Translations under genes and position numbers: made by a program
Notes under the pieces: model-generated
The model's input: only the letters and a program-made list of their open reading frames with translations
What the model was told of the DNA's origin: nothing
Databases searched by the model: none
NCBI GenBank assembly: GCA_010909165.1
Contig: VJWM01000007.1
Coordinates: 310,001-374,000, forward strand
Reading direction: 5' to 3'
Length of the DNA stretch: 64,000 bases
From: Anthoceros angustus
Taxonomy: Eukaryota; Plantae; Anthocerotophyta
Shown here: piece after piece, positions 11,949 through 22,077 of the stretch
How the letters are laid out: every line of letters starts with the position of its first letter
Position numbering within the stretch: the first letter of the stretch is position 1

Positions 11949-12658
11949 ATGGAGGAGGAAGGTGCAGTCTTGGGCATTCCGGAGCCGGTTGGCGAGGCTG
12001 AGACTGTGTCCGGTGCTAGGCAAACGCCAACGCGGAAGCCCAAGATCCGGCTGAGGCGATCTGAAAAGGGATTGGTGTGTTTGATCCAAGCCTTGATGGG
12101 TATGCAAGTCATTGTGGAGCTGCGGAAGGACGTGACAATCTCCGGAGTTTTGGAAGAATGCGATGACGCCATGAAGTATTATTCCACTGCTGCCCCAATA
12201 CTTTGTGGGTCCGTTTCCTCGCTATACCATTTGTGTCAATTACATTGTTCCGTGCCTGCAGTGTCCTGATCAAGGATGCCACTACGGAAGATGTGGAGGT
12301 AAGTGTCATGCTTGACGCTCCTCCTCACCCTATCCTGCCACGCACCGTGTACTTCAGTTGACCTGGTGGTGTCCGGCAGGGCGTCCGAAATTCGCTGCCT
12401 ATGGTTTTTGTGAGGGGAAGCAACATTCGGTTTGTGCACATTCCAAAGACCGTGGCTGTATCGGAGGCTATAGAAGCGAGGGTGAGTCCACTTCCCCAAG
12501 AAGCACGCTGTCTGTGCGGGCTGGTAGATAACTCATATTGCCTGTTGCAGCGGTTGATGCTGGATAAAGCAGCGCATGCCTACCTTGGCGGCAGTGGACA
12601 AGCCAATGCGAGTGCGGCCAGGTCGTCTGGCACTGGGAAAGGTTTCCAGAATGAGTAG
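11949..12658 (+). CDS. LSM10: Sm-like protein most similar to U7 snRNP-specific LSm10, 4 exons (11949-12175, 12262-12298, 12380-12481, 12551-12658), ~157 aa
   Basis: GT-AG splicing gives an in-frame 474-nt CDS. It encodes SEKGLVCLIQALMGMQVIVELRKDVTISGVLEECDDAMNVLIKDATT (Sm1) and MVFVRGSNIRFVHIPKTVAVSEAIE (Sm2). These recall human LSm10 (SENSLIILLQGLQG...MN; LFVTGRNVRYVHIP) better than SmD1, SmD3 or LSm2. Confidence 0.8.
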
Positions 12659-12718
12659 ATGGACAATCCTTTACTCTCCAGTCAGGTACACTCAATCCTT
12701 TCCAGACCTAGCCGGCTC

Positions 12719-15338
12719 TCATGAAAGGAATGCGAATCCAGTTACAGCCAAAACTAGCCCCACAGTCTGTGCCAGGCGTTGAGTGGACGGAGGGCCGTTA
12801 GTAGCTGCAGCATTGGTTTTGGGTTCACCTGAAACGCAAACGCCCAAAGGAAAATGTCATGGCTCAGGTGTGGGTGCACACAGGCACCTGAGTTGTTCAA
12901 AGTGGTAACGAATGAGATTACCTGGGGTACAGACACAGCCGGAGGCGAGTGGAATCTGATGTGGGGGGCATGGTGCACAGGAGGAACCTGCCAGAGCAAT
13001 GCTGAAGCTTAGAGACGCGGAATATCTGCCAACCTTTAGTCCAGCTGCAAAGGCGGGCTGTGTGGAAGACTACCGCCCTTCGTCAGACTCAAAAAGGTCC
13101 GACAGTTCAGAGATCGTTGGCATTTCGCTGGTGAGTCGTCCTCCGCCTCCGTGACGTTGTCGAAGCAGTTCTCCTTGTACCCTCTTTGGTGGAAGCAATG
13201 GAGCACAGCTGAATAATGAATAGTAGACAAGCAGTTCAGCATGTAGACGAGGAGGATTAGAGTAGGGGCTTACAACATGCCGTCCTCTTGGCCATAGGTT
13301 GGATAAGGTCCGGTAAGAAAGTTACACTTGAGGTTCCTGCATTGTGTTAGCTCCTTCGTCAGACACCTGTGCTTGGAATCACGCAACTGGCAGCGCAAAA
13401 GACCAACTTACAGCTTCTTGTATTTCTGAAGATCGAACTTGGGGAACGGGCCTTGAAACTCATTGTTGTACAACTCTCTGTAAACCGAGCCAGTCCGGGG
13501 AAGGAGTTAGGTCTCGTAGGTGGGTACTCCAACTGATTCAGCGCTAAGGCCATCCAAATCGATCCTCACATTTGGACAAGGCTCGGAATGTTGAACAGCC
13601 AAGTAGGCAAATCCCCCGAGAGGGAGTTCTTGAACATTTGCCTGTTTTCCCCCATGGGGGAACGTTAGGTCGGTGCCTGTGGATCTGCGGCAGTGAGATT
13701 GGAATGGAAGGCAAGGCAATGCAATAATAACTCACAGAACAGCCAAGCTTGTAAGAGACTGCCACGAGTCTGGAATAGGTCCTGTCAAAGTGTTTGTCTG
13801 TAAGGTACTGCACAGCCAAGAAGCACTCATGAGTCTCATTACAGGCTACATGTGTACACGCAAGGAAACAACCAACAATAATACGAGCATGCATGTGGTG
13901 GTTGAAGCCTTACAGCTTCTGAAGGTTCACAAGACTTCCAAAGCTGCTGGGAAGGCCACCGTAAAGATCACAGGTGTGCAGGTTCCTGGCATCGTTGTAC
14001 CAAACCAGTGAAACCATGCACGCACTGCACTGAAGGGAACGGAATGGGATGGACAGAAAATGAGGAAGGTTTCCAGAAGCTTACAAGTAGGTCAGCCTTG
14101 TCAATTTACCGATGTCAGAAGGAATTTGGGAGTTGAAGGAGTTATTCCACATCGTCCTGAATGAGACAAGCTTGCCCAGCCGCATGTCAGAGACTAGTCC
14201 CAAGGGCTGCTTCAACGCCGAAAGGAACAGGCACGCAAGATCAGGGGAGTGTATAATTCACAGTTCCGTCAAGTTGGACAGTGTCGTAAGTTCGGGGGGG
14301 ATAGGCCCCGTCAGTGAGTTGTTGCCCAAGTACCTGCCGCAAGGTGACAGAGCATTGAGGGTTGTAGCAACCCGGAATAGCTAGCAGTACGCTAGTGAAG
14401 TGCAAATTGCACCCACCACTCACTCACTCACTCACAATGTCTCAAGATTTCGAAGATTGCCAATTCCTGAGGGAATCTGTCCTACCAAGTTGGCATTATC
14501 CAGCTTCCTGACATCCATTCACGGAACTGGTCAAGGCAGAGGCAGAGGGTGGGTACATGTACACATGCAGGTATCATGGGCTGCAACTCACAAGTTCACG
14601 AGGCTAGTCAGACCCAGCAGCACGTCCGGAAATGTGGTATCCAGAGGGTTGAAAGTGAGGTACCTGGTGACACAGCCAAGCCATACACGTCAGGAAGGTG
14701 CATCAACACACGCACCGTAGCCTCCAGACACATGGATGGGCCAAGCAACACTGACAGGGTCTGAAGACTGGTGAGCATGGCCAGCTCCTGGGGCCAGGGG
14801 CCGGTGATGGCATTCCAGCCCAGGTTGCCAGTGATGGTGATATCAACGTAGTTGCTCAGGTCCAGCACAAGCAGGGAGGGCAGCTGGGCAATCTGCGGCG
14901 GTATCGGGCCCACCAAGCCCCGGTTCGTGAGATTCCTGAGACCCACAGACACACCAACAGGGAGCCCCTTACAGCCTGACCGTGCACATTGCAGAGCTCA
15001 TTACAAACGGGATGCTGCTCGTGATTGCAGTACAGGGAGATGACGTTGCGGTTGCTGGAGTCACAAGTTACGCCTTCCCAGGCGCCGGCGCCGCACGGGT
15101 CGCCCCCAGCAGTCCAGGAGGGGAAGGCCGCCTGCCATTTCTGCATCATAGCGTACAGAGCGTCTCCTGCTCCCAACAGCAAGCGCAGATTTGAAGATTC
15201 AGGCCTTCAAGAGCGTGCCGGCAAACCAGGCTACCCAACTTCAGTTGCCGTCTTTTCACCTTGCGGGGTTGCATCGACTTGGCCTGCCAGGAGGAGAGTG
15301 ACGGAAGCCAGCAGCAGGCATCCCTTGAGCCAGGCCAT
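12719..15338 (-). CDS. Secreted LRR receptor-like protein: signal peptide, LRRNT, roughly one LRR per exon, Cys-rich cap, C-terminal hydrophobic tail, no kinase domain
   Basis: Spliced reading gives MAWLKGCLLLASVTLLLAGQVDATPQ / WTAGGDPCGAGAWEGVTCD / LTNRGLVGPIPPQIAQL / LDNANLVGQIPSGIGNLRNL / LGNNSLTGPIPPELTTL / MWNNSFNSQIPSDIGKLTRL / LQTNTLTGPIPDSWQSL / NCFDNVT...CQRSLNC / SSCAPCPPHQIPLASGCVC / EPKTNAAATNGPPSTQRLAQTVGLVLAVTGFAFLS*. Stop at 12719-12721. Confidence 0.85.
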
Positions 15339-16149
15339 CTGCAGGCAGCTGCCCGAGTTGCTACAAACAGACGCCATCGAACGCACAGCACGACCGTGTA
15401 GCGAGCCTCACTGGAACCTTTGTATCGATCCACCCATGACCCACAGTTGACTTGGCAATGGGGTCGCCCAACAAACAACTAACTTCACACACACACAAAC
15501 CCACAGACCTTAGGAGACTTCACGCACACTGGATTTTGTTTTTTTTATAAATTTGATATTTTGAAAATATCAAAACAAACCTTGGGGGAGAAATCTTCAC
15601 ACATACTAGATATCCATTATGCAAATCCTCGATCCGATTCCCTGTAACAAATTTTAACGGAATAAAAGCTAAAAAGGAGTCCCTTAAATCGATGCCCATT
15701 CAGCAAATCCTCGATCCGATATTTTTTGACAACACAAAGCAACTCGATCATAGGTGTCCTTAGACCGAGTCCTCACTAGCCGTCTTCTTCTGTGTAAGAG
15801 CATGGACCGAGTCCTCTCTAGCGGTCTTCTCCTTTGTGAGAGAATAGATATTACGGGAATGGACACCATGTCTTCTAAGGGTGTGATACTCTGGAGCAAG
15901 TCATGCTAAGAAAACATACACAACATTAACAACAACAATATTTGTATTTATATTCGTTAAGGATGGAGGCACCAGCATCGGACAAAAATGGTACACTTGT
16001 GAAGTAGCAGAAGAAAGCGTATAGTACACATTCGTGTATCTCACTACGTTTGAATTAGAGAGACTCAAATGGTAACTAAAAAACTAATGCAAAGCGAAGG
16101 CAAAGACAAAAAAACCATCAGCGTATCTCTACGAAATAAAGCTACTTGA

Positions 16150-16440
16150 CTTGCAGCACGAGTAGCCTTAAAAGTAGGTATTGTCTTTTTCGTCCATGTA
16201 TTGTCATTGAAGTGCCATAAGATCCTCGCTAATGTATAGTCTTATGTCCCAAAGAGTAGTCCTTGTCTTCAACACCTGAAGACGATCTTCTAAGGAGCGA
16301 AAAATCACCAAAATCTCTTCCAAGCCAGAAGGCACGTGAAATTGTCACATCCACTTTAAGCAGACTGAGAAACTCCTATAAACACTCGTAATTGGTGACG
16401 TCATCGAGTCTTTATTAGATTATGATAATTGAAGAAAATT
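16150..16440 (-). mobile_element. Decayed LINE ORF1-like (RRM/CTD) fragment
   Basis: Minus-strand frames give EFLSLLKVDVTISRAFWLGR and ILVIFRSLEDRLQVLKTRTTLWDIRLYISEDL, with stops and a frameshift. Same motif pattern as the 18899-19594 ORF. Confidence 0.5.
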
Positions 16441-17027
16441 CCCAAGGTGGTTTCAACCATGAACAAACTATGTAGGTATCACATCACTTCGGCATCTTTG
16501 TAAGATTACATTACCTAGTTGGAAATACAATTAATAGTTCATCTACTTCATAAAGAGAACCTTTAACAAGGACTAAAATCAGGCTTAAATTTGGAGCTAA
16601 TTCTATCTAGGTATTCTATTTCTCCTTTTTTAATATTTTTGATCTTATATAATAACAATAATACCCAGTTCTTTTACGATGTCTTGGTCAATTTTCTTAC
16701 AATATTATAGGGAGAGCTCTCGAAGTAGTGTGGCGCCCGAAAAGTTTTGATGTAATCATCTGTTAACCAGTTAGTTTCTACTTTGGAGTTGCTTGTGATT
16801 ACAATCGATACAAAACATGTTATATAACAATCATATTTTTTTCATCTTGTAAGTTATATCTCACATGACCTATTGTTTTTAGATTTCATCTTTTGTGTTT
16901 GTGTTGTGAAGCGACTTGCTCCTTAGGTCGGAGTACCCCAATTTGACTTTTTTTCTTTTTTTAGTGTATCCAAAATATTCTATTTTATATGGAAAAAAAA
17001 AGAAAGCTTACCATGAGTGTAAGACAT

Positions 17028-17754
17028 CTAACCTTTCATATGTCGTAGAGTTCCGGAAGCAGCACCAGATGGGAGATGATAACTTAACGAAGCGGTTGTG
17101 AGACCCGTTCCAGCTTTCTTAGCTGGTTTAGTAGCTGAGCACGAGTTTTTATGATGACCAAAAGCCTTCGGGGTGAACCTTCTATCGCAATGAGGACACT
17201 TCTCAAGTGTTTGTTGAAATTGTTTGAAAGCTCTGTAAACAACAACAAATCTATTAGCAAGTATGCGGTTAATTCACACACTATCATTTTTCCTACATAT
17301 GGTTAACTTTTTTCAAAATATGATAAACGTAAAGACCAAGGTATAAAAAAAATTCTTAGCAGTTTATTATCATACTCCTCATTTAGATCGTCAATCTGTT
17401 GTGCTGTGGCACCCCCTTTTCGTATAGCAATAGGAATTTCAGAAGTTGCTTTAGGTGGCAAAGGTAGAGGACGACGCTCCTTCTTTGGTTTCTTTTCTTC
17501 TTCAGCTAACCACTTCTTTTGACATTGAGGTATATGTATTGGTAAACTGGTAAGTTAATTTATGCGAAATTATTAAGTTCGAGAGTGCAGTTGATCACTT
17601 GTAACTCAATTCAAGAAGGCAATCAATTACATAAACATAAAACTTTCAAAGAAGGTCGTAAATACCTTCTGCTTCCAAACTCACGTCCACATAGATAGCA
17701 CATCAACATGCGAGGACGTTTACTCGAATCGCCGCCTACTTTTATATCCATCAT
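17028..17754 (-). CDS. ZNF474/ZNF475-like C2HC zinc-finger protein, 3 exons (17754-17666, 17546-17376, 17232-17028), ~154 aa; not in the ORF track
   Basis: GT-AG splicing gives an in-frame 465-nt CDS: MMDIKVGGDSSKRPRMLMCYLCGREFGSRSLPIHIPQCQKKWLAEEEKKPKKERRPLP...QQIDDLNEEAFKQFQQTLEKCPHCDRRFTPKAFGHHKNSC. Two CX2C-X11-H-X3-C fingers. Further downstream exons cannot be excluded. Confidence 0.8.
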
Positions 17755-18898
17755 TGTATACGCTTCACGAATTCATTAGTTAGAAAAAATATGGCCGTTC
17801 TTCATGGAGCTTCCACAACAAGTAGTGTGATCCAAGATGCCCTTCCTCAAATTGCCCTTGCTGTGGCATGAAGTATGTTGACAACTAACAAGGGCAAATT
17901 GTGACCTATTACATATTGTCGGTATTTTCATCAGAAATATGACATTCTCATTCTACAAAATATTTTGTGCAAACATGATTGATGCCTGAGAATTTTGTCA
18001 TATGACAACTTCACAAAGTTATAGAATACATCTTTTCATGGTGTGATCTCATCACAAATATAGTTCTCCTATTGCCATCATAAGCACATCATTTTTGATA
18101 CCTTGCTATTCAAACTTTAATAATAATATTTTTATTTTAAGGTAATTTACTTATTAATAATAATTAACTTGTTTTGGTATAAGTAGTGAATCCCTGTCTT
18201 TATTTCTTTGTCCACAAAATTTCCTCCTCTTAATCTCTTTATGTACTATCAATACCAATTTCTTTATATTAGTATGGTATCTAATATCATAAAAAATTTA
18301 TTATCATCAATAATATATTTTTAAAATAATAATATAAATACGCAATTTATTAATAAAATAAATAAGGTTACTGTGAACAGTAATATTCATAATTAAGATG
18401 AATATTATATTTTATATTTTATATATTCAATATTTTCATGTTAATTTTCACTTATGCATGAGCAATAACAGCAAGGTGACAACAAGGGAGAAATGTATGC
18501 ACACATATAACTTGATTGTTAACTAGGGCGTTTTAAATGTGCTTCATATAAGTTTTTACCATTGCTTTGCTAATTTTCTTCAATTATTTACTACAGTGAT
18601 ACTATTAGAATAATATTAAAGAATAGAGAGAAACTATTTAGATGATATCTACAACATTAAGACCTTTTCTTTTTTTCAATATTTATAGTTAAATAATTGG
18701 TATTTAATTAAAACTATTTACATAAATAAGTACTTTAAAAATAATGAATACTATTAGAGAGCACGAATTTAGGAGAAATACAATAGCAAGAAAAGAATTG
18801 ATGTCCATTTCCACTAGACTAACGAAACACTCAAATAGCAACATGATTTACGTATGTGTTTGCATCAAAATATTTCTTGATTTAAATTTCTAATTCAA

Positions 18899-19594
18899 AT
18901 GATGGATTTGTTGGAAACCATTTGCAAAGAAACTATGGCTGAAGACGTAGATAAAGATATCAAGGTTGAAAACAACTTATGTGAAAAAAGAATCCATCTT
19001 GTTGATAGAAAATGCTTCAAACATGTAGAAAGGTCAGAAAATAAGACTGTACAATCCTTGTGTACACCAATTATAGAGCCACTTATTCCAATTTCTTGGG
19101 AAGTAATAGAAGTAGGGCAAACGAATTTAGCAAGTCGTCGTAGAGATCTTAATATGTTTTTTTTCAAGAATTCAGAGTTATGTGTTTTCATATTTCTTGC
19201 GGAGAACAATAATAATGAAGACAAAGATATAGCAAAGATAGTACAAAATATGTTATCAAAGTATTTTGGACTCGCAAATGATGCTGTCCATCAAATGTGG
19301 ACAATTGGAAAAGCAGATTTGTACGGATCTAGATGCCTTGTCGTGCAATTTGTCTCCCAAAAAGATCGAAGGCATGTTCTTGATAATCGAATAAGCTTGT
19401 GTGGTACCAATATAGCTATTTTTGAAGATTTGACACAGAATGTCTATTGTCGTAGAAATGCATACCGCTCATACGACAGTCGACCACGAATATGGCCAGA
19501 AGAATCTCCGTCCTATATGGTTGAATATCAAAAAATGAAGGAAGCCAAGCAACAACGTACGTACACATTTATGCGAAGTCAAAAGAGTCTATAA
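18899..19594 (+). CDS. Stand-alone 231-aa ORF resembling LINE ORF1 (Transposase_22-like RRM/CTD); no ORF2 nearby
   Basis: EDKDIAKIVQNMLSKYFG...MWTIGK...RCLVVQFVSQKDRRHVLDNRISLCGTNIAIFEDLT matches the recalled ORF1 C-terminal pattern (V.F.S..DR..VL....L.GT.I.I.EDLT). AT-rich. Confidence 0.5.
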   Translation: MMDLLETICKETMAEDVDKDIKVENNLCEKRIHLVDRKCFKHVERSENKTVQSLCTPIIEPLIPISWEVIEVGQTNLASRRRDLNMFFFKNSELCVFIFLAENNNNEDKDIAKIVQNMLSKYFGLANDAVHQMWTIGKADLYGSRCLVVQFVSQKDRRHVLDNRISLCGTNIAIFEDLTQNVYCRRNAYRSYDSRPRIWPEESPSYMVEYQKMKEAKQQRTYTFMRSQKSL

Positions 19595-20425
19595 ATTAAA
19601 AGATACCAAGAGTTATAGGTAATACACAATATCACTGTTTAATAACATAAATTCTCAAATTCTTAATCTTGAATGCTAGTCTTTTAGTTCCAACACACTA
19701 GTTCTAAGCTCTTTCGTTTGTTTTGATTTATGCAAATATTATGTGCTGTATTGAGGAATTACCCACAATAAGGAAGGCCAAGACATATTTTGAGATTCTT
19801 TAATGCCTTTGAGGGACAATACTATTTTTTAAGGTAAATATTTTATTAAGTGGCTCAAAAGTCATTATTAAGTGACTTCTCAATATGTCACACCACTCCC
19901 ATGAGATTGGATGACATCTAGCGGCCTTTTATTCTTTCCTTGTTATTTCTAATTGCTCCTATCTTTTCACTTGAGATGAGCAATGTTGGTGAGACACATG
20001 CGTCTTCCACTTCGGGTGTTATTTAATTTTTTTTATATACCTAATTTTTCTTGAGGCATGCTTGAAGAAACTCACATAATCTTAGCTCATCTTTGTTCCA
20101 TTATATATGACTTCCTCATACTTGAGCTATTTACTTTGAAGCAATACATATATCTTCTCTCAAAGATAATCATTGTGCTTCAAAAATTGACCATGGCATG
20201 AGAGGTTTCCATGAATGAAGAAAGAGCGCCACAATAAAAGTCAAAGAGCTTCTAAGAAACTGACACAGAGAGATTTGTCTACCTCATGAACAAAGAAAGA
20301 GCTTCACGCCAAAGGCTAAAGAAGGATATGACCTTAGCTGATTCCTAAAGCTCTGTTATCTATTGTTATATTTTTATTTAATATGAAAAATATTTTACAA
20401 TTAATGAAGGAGTCACTGCATAGCT

Positions 20426-20643
20426 CTCATATGCTGAATGAACTTTGTAAGCCTAAACATTCTTGCCAAAAATTTAAGTTATGTCTATCTTTGTTTAAGT
20501 TTTTATAGGGAATGTGGAGACTTTATAAAAAGAACTCATATGCTGAATGAACTTTGTAAGCCTAAACATTCTTGCCAAAAATTTAAGTTATGTCTATCTT
20601 TGTTTAAGTTTTTATAGGGAATGTGGAGACTTTATAAAAAGAA
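20426..20643. repeat. Perfect 109-bp direct tandem duplication (2 copies)
   Basis: ctcatatgctgaatgaactttgtaagcc...tttataaaaagaa begins at 20426 and at 20535. Confidence 0.9.
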
Positions 20644-20651
20644 CGAGAAGG

Positions 20652-20748
20652 GAAATCCCATATACCCCCAGACCAAAGGGGATGAGAAATCCCATATACC
20701 CCCAGACCAAAGGGGATGAGAAATCCCATCCACCCCCAGACGAAAGGG
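20652..20748. repeat. 34-bp tandem repeat, ~3 copies, probably a TE subterminal array
   Basis: gaaatcccatatacccccagaccaaaggggatga begins at 20652, 20686 and 20720 (last copy divergent). Confidence 0.85.
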
Positions 20749-22077
20749 GACAACCCACGATGGGGAACCAGGCCGGGGGGCGTGCCCCTGCACTAATGTA
20801 CCCTATAACCCCCAACCGCCCAAGTTTTTATATAGGTGGGTATAAGAATAGTTTTATATTAGATTTACACTTTGTGGTTGATAGTTTGCAAAAACTTGTG
20901 AAAGAGCTTTATGAAGGCACAAAGGAGCCTACCATTGTGATAATATCTCCTTAAGACTGTGTTTCTATGTGCACCTGTATAGTGCCATACAGGCTTAAAA
21001 CCTATCCTACTCACGCATATGCATACATATCTTAACAACCATCTCACTTCCACTTTGTTATAATTCTGTCTGATATTAAAAATCATCCCTCTGACGTTTC
21101 CACATGGCAAATCAACAGTATTACGTTTCAAAGCAAGCTACTCGAAGTTTTTGTTATCGAAGATGTTATGGATATTTCTAAGCGTACATATTTCAAACCT
21201 TTCATTCATATTTTGAAACAAGTGCAAGGTTCAAGGTGCATCTAGGTGATCCAAATGAGATCAATAAGCTTTTCTATATGGGCTTGGTTGAACTTAGTAG
21301 CCCCCTTGTTTCTCCTATGCTATGATGGTTCCCCCTCATGAAAATCCATGGGACACATAGCTGATAGAAGAACAACAAATATTTATATCTATAGGATCCA
21401 GGCCATAGATGGGCACACAGAGAACCATGATATACACTTCAAATACATCACTAAGCTTCATCACTTATGTAACATATCGTGGCAATTCAACTCCATAGTA
21501 GCTGGTTTTTTAACTGTCACAGTTCGCGTACCTCTTGTCAAAGTGCATGTGAACGGTAGGAGGTAGGCGTACCTGGACTGGGTACGTCGGAAGTAATGAC
21601 GAGAGTGTGGCGGCACCGGGATCCCCAAAGCCGTTATTAATATAAAAAGAATAAACCAGCCAACGTATCTCTCGAACTCTGGAACTCGCTCTTCCCCCCA
21701 AAGCCCGGTTTGAAATGCAGCGAAGACTGTCATCTTGACAGGCCCTGACCGGCAGCGGAAGAAGGGCCGCTCTTTCATCATAACAGGCGCTACAAGCCGT
21801 CAATTTGACAGGCGGTACAGGCGTGGACTCCCCTCGTCTCGTCTCGTCTCCTCGCCCCCGGAGTGCCGTTGCCCGCCATCTTTCGAACGGATCCTTTCCC
21901 CGAGCTCGGTGGATGAGGCGTGCAAACGTCTCACTGCTCGCCATTCTTGCCCTGGGCACCTTGCAACCTTGCCTGGACTCGGCTCCGCTGTGCTTGCACT
22001 CCGCTGCACTGCATTGCCCTGCTTCCACCTCCATGTGCTTTTTTTCAAGATAGCCAAGCCTGCCTGGTAGCGCCAAA

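Noticed and set aside
15551-15573. Short perfect inverted repeat tttgatatttt/aaaatatcaaa
   Set aside because: AT-rich and short; chance occurrence is plausible and there is no associated element end.
16730-16742. TGGCGCCCGAA resembling a tRNA-Lys PBS
   Set aside because: No adjacent LTR end or gag sequence.
19343-19352. AATTTGTCT resembling a U7 Sm-binding site
   Set aside because: It lies inside the 18899-19594 ORF, lacks the terminal AG and I saw no following hairpin; a chance match.
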